Source of the DNA: an archaeon
Lineage (GTDB): Archaea > Iainarchaeota > Iainarchaeia > Iainarchaeales > CSSED10-239
NCBI GenBank assembly: GCA_035390665.1
Contig: DAOOUC010000004.1
Span: 13,480 to 77,479 of the forward strand
Direction of reading: 5' to 3'
DNA: 64,000 nt
The position numbers and the translations under genes were made by a program. The notes below the pieces were generated by a model, which was given only the letters and a program-made list of their open reading frames with translations, was not told where the DNA came from and did not search any database. Of this stretch, positions 46,614 through 56,402 are shown piece after piece; position 1 is the stretch's first letter, and every line of letters starts with the position of its first letter.

Positions 46614-48590
46614 TTAGTTTCCCTCTAATAATTCTTTATTAACTTTGTAAACTCTAACTTTTCCAAAAGATTGTGCTTTTGTAACAATTGGCTCTAATGT
46701 TTTATCATCAAAAATCATTCTTGCAAAAATGGTTTTGTTTACTGCTGCATTTAATAAATAAATTTTAGAATTGTCTTTTTCTCTGTACATGTATATTGGA
46801 ACATTCTCCATTACTTGATCTGGGGCTGTGTGATATTCTGTTTTTATTTTGTTTATTTCTACTTCCGATATTGCTTGATTTCCACAAATGTAATTAACTG
46901 TTCCAGATATCGCTTTTTCTTGCTTATAACAATCAACAACAACACCAAGATATCTTGTTATTTTTGGATCACTAAAATTTGTTGTCCAATAACCATAGAT
47001 TGCAAAAGAGGACATTCTTTGAAGGTAGTCTGATTCTACCATTATGTAATCTGTATCATATTTCTTTAATATTTCTTTTGTATTGTTAATATCTTCAGAA
47101 ATCATAAACTTTCCAAAATCACTTGTTGCTTCTCCACTTGAGTTTGTGTTATCTGTACTTACTTTTCTTTCTGAGAAATATGCAATCCAGTGTCCATAAT
47201 CCCACCAGTTTAATATTTTTGCATCTGTTGGTGTATTATCATAAACCCAAAACATTGCATTTTGCCAATCTTTTTCTTGAGAGACCGGTGGTTGCTTACT
47301 TAGAACAAAAAAAGATCCGGCTGCAATTGCTCCAATCAAAAAGATTCCAGCAATTATTGTAAATGCTCTTTTATAATTTATTGATTTACTATCAATCCAT
47401 TCTGTTGTTAAAAAGAACAAAAAACCAAATCCGGCTGCAATTGGAAGACCAAGAGTGTAAGTAAACTTTAACTTTGTCCAAGCCATAAATCCAGTAATTA
47501 ATATCCAAAAGAAAATAATTAAAACAAAATAATCAATTTTTTGATTATGTTCTTGTTCTTCTTTTTCTTTGTTTTTGTATTTCCCAAATAACAGATATAA
47601 TGGAATAATAAACAATGCTAAAAAAGGAATAACAACTAAAAGACTATACTTCTCATAGAAGAATTGCTTACCGGTATTTTCTTCACCAACAGTTGCCCCA
47701 ACAACATCTGCTTCTTCGACAACAGTTTTATTTATTCTTCCAACATTTGTTTCTGAAACTGGAAGATAATTTGTAACATACTCTGATGTTCTTTTTAACC
47801 AGCCTGTTCCACTATGTGCTGTTGTTATAATCGTAAATAATAAGAAACAAGTTAAGAAAACTTTTGAAAAAGCAAGTATTTCTTTTTTATTTATGTTTTT
47901 GATTAACATGTAAACAATCATTGTGCCAAAATAAGCTAATAGCACTAAAGGAATTAATAAAAACATATCCCAAGTTATTGCCATTAAATAAAAGAAAAGC
48001 GCTCCAATTATAGAATATATTAACCAATTCTTTAATTTGTGTCTATTCTGTATTGCTGTTACCAAAAATATGAAACCTAGAACTAACCACAAGAAACCTA
48101 AAGCATCTTCTTCGAAGAATCCGCCCATTGTTCTATAAACAAAAGCAGGAACAGTTGCAGCCATTACTCCCATTGCAACGCCTGTTCTAGTATTATACAT
48201 TTTCTTTCCTAAGAAAAACATAGCTACTGAAATTAATGCTCCAAAGATTGCAGGAAGCCATCTTGCATATTCCATTAATAGCCATTTATCGTAAGCTGCT
48301 CCAAATGTGGTGATTTTATAGATTGCAGCAGTAAAGAACCACAAAAATGAAAATTTAGATTTATATGTTTGAATAGATTCTGATTGTAAATAGAAACCTA
48401 ATGGATCACTTGTTGGAAGATTTCCTTGTACAACATATCCTGTTGCTCTAAGATGCCAATAAGGGTCAAATTCAAACATGTATTCATATCTTAAAATATG
48501 TGCTCTAATTCCAAGACCTAAAATAAAAATCAATGAGATTATTAAAATGATTACCCAATGTTTAGAAAAAAAGTTCTTTATTTTGTTCAT
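46614..48590 (-). CDS. aglB: archaeal oligosaccharyltransferase AglB (STT3 family)
   Basis: 13-TM-type N-terminal half and catalytic WWDYGHWI motif in NWWDYGHWIAYF. Confidence 0.9.
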   Translation of the reverse strand: MNKIKNFFSKHWVIILIISLIFILGLGIRAHILRYEYMFEFDPYWHLRATGYVVQGNLPTSDPLGFYLQSESIQTYKSKFSFLWFFTAAIYKITTFGAAYDKWLLMEYARWLPAIFGALISVAMFFLGKKMYNTRTGVAMGVMAATVPAFVYRTMGGFFEEDALGFLWLVLGFIFLVTAIQNRHKLKNWLIYSIIGALFFYLMAITWDMFLLIPLVLLAYFGTMIVYMLIKNINKKEILAFSKVFLTCFLLFTIITTAHSGTGWLKRTSEYVTNYLPVSETNVGRINKTVVEEADVVGATVGEENTGKQFFYEKYSLLVVIPFLALFIIPLYLLFGKYKNKEKEEQEHNQKIDYFVLIIFFWILITGFMAWTKLKFTYTLGLPIAAGFGFLFFLTTEWIDSKSINYKRAFTIIAGIFLIGAIAAGSFFVLSKQPPVSQEKDWQNAMFWVYDNTPTDAKILNWWDYGHWIAYFSERKVSTDNTNSSGEATSDFGKFMISEDINNTKEILKKYDTDYIMVESDYLQRMSSFAIYGYWTTNFSDPKITRYLGVVVDCYKQEKAISGTVNYICGNQAISEVEINKIKTEYHTAPDQVMENVPIYMYREKDNSKIYLLNAAVNKTIFARMIFDDKTLEPIVTKAQSFGKVRVYKVNKELLEGN

Positions 48591-48705
48591 AGTTATTTCT
48601 CTTAAATATATTATATTATATAATAAAGAAACATTATGTTTTTAAAAGAAATATATTTATGTAAAAAATTTAATAATTTTTTAAAAAATAGAAAATCACT
48701 AAAAT

Positions 48706-48821
48706 GTTAGCAACTAACTTGCCGCTCCAAGAAAGAACTTAGGGCAAACAATATCGGAGACAAACTTAACTTCTGGGTTCGGAAAGGGTCCAGGTGTTTC
48801 TCTATCCCTATGGTCGCTAAC
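48706..48821 (-). rRNA. rrf: 5S ribosomal RNA (ends approximate, +/- 3 nt)
   Basis: Minus strand GTTAGCGACCATAGGGATAGAGAAACACCTGGACCCTTTCCGAACCCAGAAGTTAAG...GTTGCTAAC; conserved CCGAACCC/GAAGTTAAG loop C-helix III motifs, terminal helix GTTAGCGAC/GTTGCTAAC (one G-T pair). Confidence 0.9.
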
Positions 48822-48863
48822 AAATAATATATGTTTGAAAAGGTTTATAAATGGTTTGTTTTA

Positions 48864-49406
48864 CTATTTTTCCTTAGCTCCTGCTAAAACCTTCTTTAAT
48901 TTATTTAATCCTTTAACTATGTCTTCTTCTGACTTTGCGCCCGCACAAATTAATTTTCCATTCTTGAAAAGTAACATTGTTAGCTTTGGATTAAAGATTC
49001 TTACAATTGCACCAGGAAATTGTTCTGGTTCATATTCAATATTATCTAAAGTAACTGCTGCATTAAAAAGATCAATTTGTTTATTTAAGTTAGACGTTGC
49101 AACAAGGTTAACAATCTTATAGCTTACTCTGTCCTTTATTGTAACATTCTTTTGAACTTCGCTAATTATCTTTGAAGCTTTCTTTATTGCAGTCTTTATG
49201 TCTTTTTCACTTGATGCTCCGGAAATTATAATGTTTCCATTCTTGAAAAGAAGTAAAGAAACTCTTGGTTCATCCATTTTTAAAATTGCACCAGGAAATT
49301 GCTCTGGTTCATATTCAACTTCAGGTATTGCTGTTGCAAGATTATAAAGATCTAAGCCTGTACCAAGAGAACTAGATGCCACTAAATTAACAATTTTATA
49401 TTCCAT
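48864..49406 (-). CDS. tbp: TATA-box-binding protein
   Basis: Two direct repeats IVNLVASS...YEPEQFPGAI...LLLFKNG.II.SGA.SE.DI. Confidence 0.95.
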   Translation of the reverse strand: MEYKIVNLVASSSLGTGLDLYNLATAIPEVEYEPEQFPGAILKMDEPRVSLLLFKNGNIIISGASSEKDIKTAIKKASKIISEVQKNVTIKDRVSYKIVNLVATSNLNKQIDLFNAAVTLDNIEYEPEQFPGAIVRIFNPKLTMLLFKNGKLICAGAKSEEDIVKGLNKLKKVLAGAKEK

Positions 49407-49647
49407 TTATTTTTCACCATTTTTTTATAAAAAGCAAATATTTATATATAATATTTATATATAAAAGCATTTATAAAGCAATTTTTTGTAATTTTTTCTT
49501 AACCTTTTTTCTTTTGAAAGTTTAGTTTTCTACGTTTTATGTGGCAAAAGGTTAGGCTTTTATTTCGTAAATCAACACCATATAAAAACTTTATGGCTCA
49601 ATAATTATATATCATTTTAAAAAAAATAAAAAGGATAAGTGAAATAA

Positions 49648-49968
49648 ATGGCAAACAAAAAAGCAAAAGGAAAGAGATCTTTAACAAGATCAAGATATAG
49701 AAGAAATGTAAGAGCAAAGACAACAGTCAATGAATTAATAAAACCAATTAAGGTTGATGATGTTGTTCAAGTTAATGCAAACAGTTCTGTACATAATGGA
49801 TTACCACACAGAAGAATGGATGGTATAACTGGAAAAGTTATTGGCTTTCAAGGAGATTGTCCTATTGTTCAATTAAAAACAGGAAATAAAACAAAGAAAG
49901 TAATAACACACAGAGTTCACTTAAAGTTATTAAAGCAAATAGCAAAAGGTGAAAAGAATGATAAATAA
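49648..49968 (+). CDS. rpl21e: 50S ribosomal protein L21e
   Basis: KGKRSLTRSRYRR..., HNGLPHRRMDGITGKVIG. Confidence 0.9.
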   Translation: MANKKAKGKRSLTRSRYRRNVRAKTTVNELIKPIKVDDVVQVNANSSVHNGLPHRRMDGITGKVIGFQGDCPIVQLKTGNKTKKVITHRVHLKLLKQIAKGEKNDK

Positions 49969-50293
49969 TCCTAATTATATTGATGACTTAAGCCTTGCAG
50001 AAGTTAAAAAAATCTTAACTGAAAAAGGGAAAGACAAAGAGCTTAATTATGAACAAAAGCTTGCTTTAGAGCACGCTAAGCTTTTTGCTAAATTAACCCC
50101 ATTAAAGGCAGAAAAATTAAAAAAGGAATTAATGGAATTGGATTTAAGTAGTGAGGTTGCTGTTAAAATTGTTGATATTTTGCCTAATGCAGTTGAATTA
50201 GATTTAATTGCTGAAAAAAATAAAACAATAACAGAAGAAAATAAAGAAAAAATTTTGGAACTTGTTTCAAAATACAAGAAAGATGAAGAATGA
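49958..50293 (+). CDS. rpoF: DNA-directed RNA polymerase subunit F (Rpo4)
   Basis: SLAEVKKILTEK...NYEQKLALEHAKLFAKL...VAVKIVDILP; conserved L21e-RpoF-DUF655-KsgA order; ATG 49958 or GTG 49949. Confidence 0.8.
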   Translation: MINNPNYIDDLSLAEVKKILTEKGKDKELNYEQKLALEHAKLFAKLTPLKAEKLKKELMELDLSSEVAVKIVDILPNAVELDLIAEKNKTITEENKEKILELVSKYKKDEE

Positions 50294-50820
50294 TAGAGAT
50301 TAAAAAAGAAGCAATTGTGCTTGACAAGGCCACAAGAGAAGTGCAGTTTAAACAAACACCTGTTATTCAATGTATAGGGGTAACTAATTTCTCATTACTT
50401 GAGATATATAGTGATGAGTCTCCTAAATTGCAAGAAACAATAAGCACAGATGAAAAAGTTGTAAAAAGAATAACCTTTGATAAACTTACAACCATTGCTA
50501 AAAAAGAACTTGAAAAAGCAGTTGAGACAATTGTTCTTAATAATCAAGATAGATTTGTTACTTTCTTTAATAATGCTAGACCAATTAATGCTAGAAGACA
50601 TCAGCTTGATCTTCTTCCAATGATTGGAAAGAAACACAGAATGGCATTAATGGAATATCTTGAAAAGAATGGGTCAATTAAAGAACTTAATGATCTTAAG
50701 AAAATTGAATTGTTCCCAGATCCAATAAAAGTAATTGTTAATAGGGTATTAACAGAAATTGAAAATAATGAAGAAGAAAAATATTTCTTGTTTACTGTTC
50801 CAATTATAAAAAAATTCTAA
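50290..50820 (+). CDS. DUF655-family protein (predicted RNA-binding, HhH)
   Basis: FFNNARPINARRHQLDLLPMIGKKHRMALMEYLEKNG matches the DUF655 core; ATGA overlap with rpoF. Confidence 0.75.
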   Translation: MIEIKKEAIVLDKATREVQFKQTPVIQCIGVTNFSLLEIYSDESPKLQETISTDEKVVKRITFDKLTTIAKKELEKAVETIVLNNQDRFVTFFNNARPINARRHQLDLLPMIGKKHRMALMEYLEKNGSIKELNDLKKIELFPDPIKVIVNRVLTEIENNEEEKYFLFTVPIIKKF

Positions 50821-50832
50821 TTTTGAGAGCTA

Positions 50833-51648
50833 ATGATTAAAGACCTATACACCCTAATGCTAAAATATAATTTTAAACCAAGTCATAAGCTTGATCAAAA
50901 TTTTATTATTGACGATAATACAATTCTACGAGTTGTTAAAGAACTTGAATTGAAAAAAACAGATGTTGTTCTTGAAGTTGGACCAGGTACTGGTTTTCTT
51001 ACTAAAAAACTTTTAGAAGACTGTAAGCAAGTTATTGCAATAGAAAAAGACAAAAAAATGATTTATATTTTAGAACAAGAATTTGCAACAGAAATAAAAA
51101 ATAAAAAACTTATTTTGATTACTTCTGATTTTTTAACAATTGATTTAAGTAAATACAATTATACAAAACTTGCAACATTTCTACCATATTCAATTTCACA
51201 GGAATTTATTGAAAAAATTCTTGGAGAAAAAAAATTAATGGTTGGAGTTGTTCAAAAAGAATTTGCAGAAAAGCTTGTTTCTTTTCCAGGGTTTATTAAC
51301 TATAATGCAGTTTCTGCACTTTCTCAAAGCTATTTCGAAGTAACAACAGTTAAAAACATAAGTAAAAAATGCTTCTTTCCTGTTCCATCTTGTGAGTCTG
51401 CAATTATTAAATTAAAACCAAACAAAAAAGAGATGGATGAGAGATATAATTTGTTTGTAAAAAATTTATTTAGATATCCAAATAAAGACATTAGTAATGC
51501 TTTAAACCTTGTTTCTAGAGATCAAAAGAATAGAGAAATTTCAGAAAATTCAAAAAATCTAAAATCAGAAATACTTGACAAAAAAGTAAGACAAATAGAA
51601 ATTAAAGAACTTGAAAAAATCTATTCTGTTGTTTATTCTATTGTATAA
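50833..51648 (+). CDS. rsmA: 16S rRNA (adenine1518/1519-N6)-dimethyltransferase (KsgA/Dim1)
   Basis: KLDQNFIIDDN, SAM motif VLEVGPGTGFLT, LPYSIS, FFPVPSCESAII. Confidence 0.9.
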   Translation: MIKDLYTLMLKYNFKPSHKLDQNFIIDDNTILRVVKELELKKTDVVLEVGPGTGFLTKKLLEDCKQVIAIEKDKKMIYILEQEFATEIKNKKLILITSDFLTIDLSKYNYTKLATFLPYSISQEFIEKILGEKKLMVGVVQKEFAEKLVSFPGFINYNAVSALSQSYFEVTTVKNISKKCFFPVPSCESAIIKLKPNKKEMDERYNLFVKNLFRYPNKDISNALNLVSRDQKNREISENSKNLKSEILDKKVRQIEIKELEKIYSVVYSIV

Positions 51649-54600
51649 AATGTTTCTGGACTACTTTGATTATTATATTCTGTTTCTATCCAATCTTCTG
51701 ACAAATTTGTGTTTGAGACTCTTACATCATCAAATATACCTGAATGATAAACTGTTGCATAACCTGAACTTGCACCAGCACACGCACCAATCCAAAATTG
51801 TTGTGAATTCATAGAAAGATTAGCATTTAAACTTCCTTCATAAATATTATCTACATATAATTTTATTGAAGAACCATCATAAATTGCAACAATATAATGC
51901 CAAGCGTTATCATTAATTTTCTTGGTTGTAGATAAATAAGTTAGATCTGTTCCGCTAAGAAGTCCAGATAACATTCCGATATAGCCGTTGTTTGAGATTA
52001 TTGCAAAATCATTAGATCCTGTTCCTGATGTTGTTTGACCAAATAATGTAGGACGTTGCCAATAGGTTGTACTTGATTTACTTTCTGTTGTTTTTACCCA
52101 TAAAGACATCGTAAATCTATTTATTCCAGATGTTGTTACCGATGGAATTGAAATATAATTATTAGTTCCATTAATTGTGGCCGCACCATCTATTGTGCCC
52201 GTTCCAATCTGTGGTGCTGAAGAAGATAAAGATCCGTTGTTTAAAAATTGAGTTGAATCTTGAACATTTAATGTCCCTGAACTATTTTTTAAATGCCAAA
52301 TCCCTTTATAATTGCTATTCCATACATTTGCATCATTAGATTCAGAAATACCTGTTCCTCCAAAATGCATATATATTTCCGTGTCTGTTGTTGATGATAA
52401 TTCTGGAATTTTTACCCACGCCACAAGTTCTCCTGTTTCTGAATTATAACTTTCAATCTCTCTTTTTAATTTTATTCTATCAGATGAAACAAAATAAATA
52501 TCTGATGTATCACTTTGGGCATATGAAAGTAAATCAGAATCTGTAACTTTAATTAAAACAGGGAAATTAGATAAAGTTGCTGCAACTTTTGTGTGATCAA
52601 ACAATATAGCTTTACTATATCCATCGCCTATATTTACTATTATATTGTCTGTTTTTGTTTCTAATTGATCTGTAACTGTAAAAGTAATTATATGCGATCC
52701 TAAACTTAAATCTACATTAATTTCTTCACAATCAACTCCCAAATTGCCATCAATATCTGAATTCCATAAACAACTATATTCTCCATTATTATTTAATACT
52801 GTACTGGTTAATTTTAAATTTTGATAATATTGGAAAGAATCAGTAATTGGGCTAGTTATTTCTGGCTTTAATCCAATTGTATAAAATGTTTCTGGACTAC
52901 TTTGATTGTTATATTCTGTTTCTATCCAATCTTCTGAACGATTTATATTTGATACTCTTACATCATCAAATATACCTGAATGATAAACTGTTGCATAACC
53001 GGAACTTGCACCTGCACATGCACCAATCCAAAATGATTCTGAATTCATTGATGAATTTGAATTTAAACTTCCTTCATAAATATTATCTACATATAACTTT
53101 ATTGAAGAACCATCATAAATTGCAACTACATAATGCCAAGAATTATCATTTATTCGTGTATTAGAAGACAAATAATTTAAATCTGAACTATAAAGTCCAG
53201 AAAGCATTCCAATGTAACCATTATTTGTTATTATTGCAAAATCATTTGTGCCTAATCCGTCTGTTGTTTGACCAAATAATGTAGGGCGTTGCCAATAGGT
53301 TGTACTTGATTTACTTTCTGTTGTTTTTACCCATAAAGACATCGTAAATCTATTTATTCCAGATGTTGCTACCGATGGAATTGAAATATAATTATTAGTT
53401 CCATTAATTGTGGCCGCACCATCCATTATGCCTGTTCCAATCTGTGGTGCTGAAGAGGATAAAGAACCGTGATTTACAAATTGAGTTGAATCTTGAGTAT
53501 TTAATATCCCTGAACTATTTCTTAAATGCCAAACACCCGTATAGTTATTATCCCAAACTGTTAAATCATTCGGATCATTTACATCTGGATTTCCAAAATG
53601 CATATATATTTGTGTGTCTGTTGTTGAAGATAATTCTGGAACATTTACCCATGCGACCAATTTTCCTGTCTCGGAATTATAACTTTCTATTTCTCTTTTT
53701 AATTTCGTTCCTTCTGAAGATAAAAAATAAATATCGGAAGCATCATTTTGTGCAAATTCAAGTAAATCAGAATCTGTAACTTTAATTAAAACAGGGAAAT
53801 TAGAAAGATTTGCTGCAACTTTTGTGTGATCAAATAATATGGCTTTATTATATTCTTCAATCACAGTTATATAAATTTGACTTGTTTGTGTTTCTAAATC
53901 ATCAGTTACTTCAAATGTTATTGTGTGCTCACCAACATTTAAATCACTTATATCTAATTCGCAATCGTTTCCAAAAATTCCGTCGATATTAGATTCCCAA
54001 GAACAACTATAATTTCCGTAATTATAATCTATAGAACCAATAAAAGAAATATTAAATCCCTTACTTGTTGTTATTTCTGATTCAGGAGATAATATTGATA
54101 CCGCAAGATGTTGTTTAACAAGCACACTTAGGTTATAAGTTTCTGTTTCTGTTCCGTAATTAACAGTAAGTGTTATTTCGTGAGAACCAATATTTAAATC
54201 AGAGATATTAAAATCACAAGCGTCTCCGATATTTCCATTAATATCTGATTCCCAAGAACAACTGATTTCTTGCCCATTAGAAAATTTAAAATTTATATCC
54301 TCTTCTAAGAAAAACACAGAGTTGTCAGCAGGTAAAATTATTATTTCTGTTTCGACAATATTTCCTGCATTAAAATAATTTATATTCCTTAATAATATGA
54401 ATTTATTGTCTGCTGTTTCTAATTGAATATCTATTCGATTATCTGATATGTTTAGGGTTTCAAAATCAGTTAAATCTAAAATATTTAATCCTTCTTTTAA
54501 TAGATATTCGGTATTTAGAGTTATTGTTTGCGTTTCTGAATTTTTTTCTAATATTTTATATTTTATTATTCTTATATTATTAAAATTTGAATTGTCAGGA

Positions 54601-54818
54601 GGATAGAAATTAAATTGTAATACCCCATTATTAAAATTTTTAGTAGATATAAAAAAACTAGCATCAGAAGATTTTAATTCTCCAAAATCATTAGCTTTAT
54701 CTAAACTTTTATTTGTTGTGTCTTTTCCAAAAGACATAATCAAGGTTACAATTATAACTGCAACTACAATTAATAATATACTTGAAATTAATGGCTCTAA
54801 TGCTTTTCGTTTAGTCAT
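51633..54818 (-). CDS. large surface protein: pilin-like class III signal + 3 PKD/Ig-like modules + 2x (DUF2341-like + LamG-like)
   Basis: N-terminus MTKRKA|LEPLISSILLIVVAVIIV (archaeal pilin_N pattern); SCSWESDINGNIG...GSHEITLTV x3; KAILFDHTKVA..FPVLIKV..YFVS (DUF2341-like); FTMSLWVKT...IKLYVDN...FDDVRVSN (LamG-like). Confidence 0.75.
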   Translation of the reverse strand: MTKRKALEPLISSILLIVVAVIIVTLIMSFGKDTTNKSLDKANDFGELKSSDASFFISTKNFNNGVLQFNFYPPDNSNFNNIRIIKYKILEKNSETQTITLNTEYLLKEGLNILDLTDFETLNISDNRIDIQLETADNKFILLRNINYFNAGNIVETEIIILPADNSVFFLEEDINFKFSNGQEISCSWESDINGNIGDACDFNISDLNIGSHEITLTVNYGTETETYNLSVLVKQHLAVSILSPESEITTSKGFNISFIGSIDYNYGNYSCSWESNIDGIFGNDCELDISDLNVGEHTITFEVTDDLETQTSQIYITVIEEYNKAILFDHTKVAANLSNFPVLIKVTDSDLLEFAQNDASDIYFLSSEGTKLKREIESYNSETGKLVAWVNVPELSSTTDTQIYMHFGNPDVNDPNDLTVWDNNYTGVWHLRNSSGILNTQDSTQFVNHGSLSSSAPQIGTGIMDGAATINGTNNYISIPSVATSGINRFTMSLWVKTTESKSSTTYWQRPTLFGQTTDGLGTNDFAIITNNGYIGMLSGLYSSDLNYLSSNTRINDNSWHYVVAIYDGSSIKLYVDNIYEGSLNSNSSMNSESFWIGACAGASSGYATVYHSGIFDDVRVSNINRSEDWIETEYNNQSSPETFYTIGLKPEITSPITDSFQYYQNLKLTSTVLNNNGEYSCLWNSDIDGNLGVDCEEINVDLSLGSHIITFTVTDQLETKTDNIIVNIGDGYSKAILFDHTKVAATLSNFPVLIKVTDSDLLSYAQSDTSDIYFVSSDRIKLKREIESYNSETGELVAWVKIPELSSTTDTEIYMHFGGTGISESNDANVWNSNYKGIWHLKNSSGTLNVQDSTQFLNNGSLSSSAPQIGTGTIDGAATINGTNNYISIPSVTTSGINRFTMSLWVKTTESKSSTTYWQRPTLFGQTTSGTGSNDFAIISNNGYIGMLSGLLSGTDLTYLSTTKKINDNAWHYIVAIYDGSSIKLYVDNIYEGSLNANLSMNSQQFWIGACAGASSGYATVYHSGIFDDVRVSNTNLSEDWIETEYNNQSSPETFYTIE
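51636..54107 (-). repeat. in-frame tandem duplication, 2 units of 1236 bp (412 codons)
   Basis: ttgtataaaatgtttctggactactttgatt at 51641 recurs at 52877; 326-codon core KAILFDH...ETFYTI (51636-52613) repeats at about 52875-53846 with only scattered substitutions. Confidence 0.9.
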
Positions 54819-54869
54819 AATTTCTCAATTAAAAATATTTGTGATATTTAAAAATAAAAAAGAAATGAA

Positions 54870-56387
54870 CTAATTCATTTCTTCTAATATTATTTTTTCA
54901 ACCTTTACTGTTTCTTCTAAAATAGATTTTGAAAGATCTGTTGCAATCTTTAGTTTTTCTTTACTGTTTGCATATATTGTAAAGATTACTTCTCCTTCTT
55001 TAATTTTATCTCCTGCTTCTTTTGCTAAGATTAATCCCGCAAATGAATCACTTGGAGCACCAGAGGTTCTTGCAATCTTTGTTAAATTAGAAACATTTAG
55101 GCCTACAATTTTTCCAGAATCGACTGCTTTAATTTCTTCTTTAAATTCAGCAAATGGAATTTTATCTGATTCAAATATTCTTCCATTTTGTGCTTTTAAA
55201 ATTTCTTTAAATTTAGTTAAAGCTTTTCCTGATTGTAGTGTTTCTTTTGCTAAATCGTAACCTTTGCCCTCTTCAGTTCTTCCTACAAGCTCTAAAAGAC
55301 TTCCTGATATCTCGCAGGCTTTTTCTGCTAGCCCATCAAAATATTTTCCTTCTAATACTTCTAAAGCCCCTCTTGCCTCAAGAGCAGCACCAAAGTATTT
55401 TCCACAAGGTAATGCCCCATTTGTTAAAACAACTTTTGTTTTAATTCCAATATCTTTACTAATTTTTATAAATTTACTTGCCCATCTTTCTCCATCTTCT
55501 TTGTTGTGTACTTTAACTGTTGGGCCAACAGGAATATCAATTATTAAGTGAGATGCAGAAACGCTTTTTTTCTTAGAAAGAACAGAAGCAATTACTAGGC
55601 CTTCTGGGTCTAACCCTAAACCGTGTCTAATCTTAATCATCTTGTCATCAGCTGGGCAAAGATCAACTTTTCCATTCCAAGCAACCATTCCTCCGTGTTC
55701 CTGAACCATTTTCTTAATGTCTTTTACATCAAAAGAAACATCAGCTAATACTTCCATACAATCTGCTGTTCCTGCTGCTGAACTTATTGAACGAGAAGCG
55801 GTCTTTGGCATATAATACCCTAGAGATGCTATTATTGGAGTAACAATCATTGATACTCTTCCATTTATTCCACCAATGGAGTGTTTATCAAGAATCTCTG
55901 CTCTATTAAAATCAATAATGTTTCCTGTTTGTGTCATTGCCTTACATACACTTGTAGTTTCATCTAGATTAAGGCCATTAATTGTTACTGCTGTCAAAAA
56001 TGCAGAAATATCAATGTCTGATAATCTATTATCAACAATGTCATTAATTATTTGAGTTAATTGTTTTTCATCTAGTGGTTTATTTCTAATTTTATCAACA
56101 ATAAAATGAATAGATTCAGGATTTGGGAGTAATGCCACTTCGACAAGATCTCCTGTTTTTAATTTTATTGCACCGGTTCTATCTTTATATAACCCTATTG
56201 TGTTTTCATCAACAAAGTTTTCTGTAATATCAACAATAAAGTTTTCTTCAATGTTTTTTAGTTTAACTGAAACTCTATTCTGTGTGTTTACTAACAAATC
56301 TTTTGCAGTTTTACTATTAAGTAAAGCAACTTTTTTATCTGCATCAATATCTAATATTTTTACTGTTAATTTCTTTATATAAACCAT
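54870..56387 (-). CDS. deoA: AMP phosphorylase (archaeal thymidine-phosphorylase family, long N-terminal domain)
   Basis: 505 aa; ~85-aa N-terminal extension then DKHSIGG, SSAAGTAD, pyrimidine-nucleoside phosphorylase C-terminal domain. Confidence 0.8.
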   Translation of the reverse strand: MVYIKKLTVKILDIDADKKVALLNSKTAKDLLVNTQNRVSVKLKNIEENFIVDITENFVDENTIGLYKDRTGAIKLKTGDLVEVALLPNPESIHFIVDKIRNKPLDEKQLTQIINDIVDNRLSDIDISAFLTAVTINGLNLDETTSVCKAMTQTGNIIDFNRAEILDKHSIGGINGRVSMIVTPIIASLGYYMPKTASRSISSAAGTADCMEVLADVSFDVKDIKKMVQEHGGMVAWNGKVDLCPADDKMIKIRHGLGLDPEGLVIASVLSKKKSVSASHLIIDIPVGPTVKVHNKEDGERWASKFIKISKDIGIKTKVVLTNGALPCGKYFGAALEARGALEVLEGKYFDGLAEKACEISGSLLELVGRTEEGKGYDLAKETLQSGKALTKFKEILKAQNGRIFESDKIPFAEFKEEIKAVDSGKIVGLNVSNLTKIARTSGAPSDSFAGLILAKEAGDKIKEGEVIFTIYANSKEKLKIATDLSKSILEETVKVEKIILEEMN

Positions 56388-56402
56388 AATCTTTTCTCTC
56401 CT

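Noticed and set aside
48591-48863. 16S/23S rRNA genes or a tRNA linked to the 5S gene.
   Set aside because: Flanks are AT-rich spacer bounded by aglB and tbp. Only the ~116-nt 5S is present, so it is an unlinked 5S gene, which is ordinary for many archaea.
49470-49530. Inverted repeat cttaacctttt ... aaaaggttagg in the tbp-rpl21e spacer.
   Set aside because: It is an AT-rich 10-bp stem with a ~38-nt loop in divergent promoter DNA. It is within chance expectation for this composition and has no GC enrichment or repetition.
51633-51648. 16-nt convergent overlap of the ksgA 3' end with the adhesin 3' end as a regulatory feature.
   Set aside because: Short convergent overlaps are common in compact genomes. 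Nothing beyond the overlap itself was seen.
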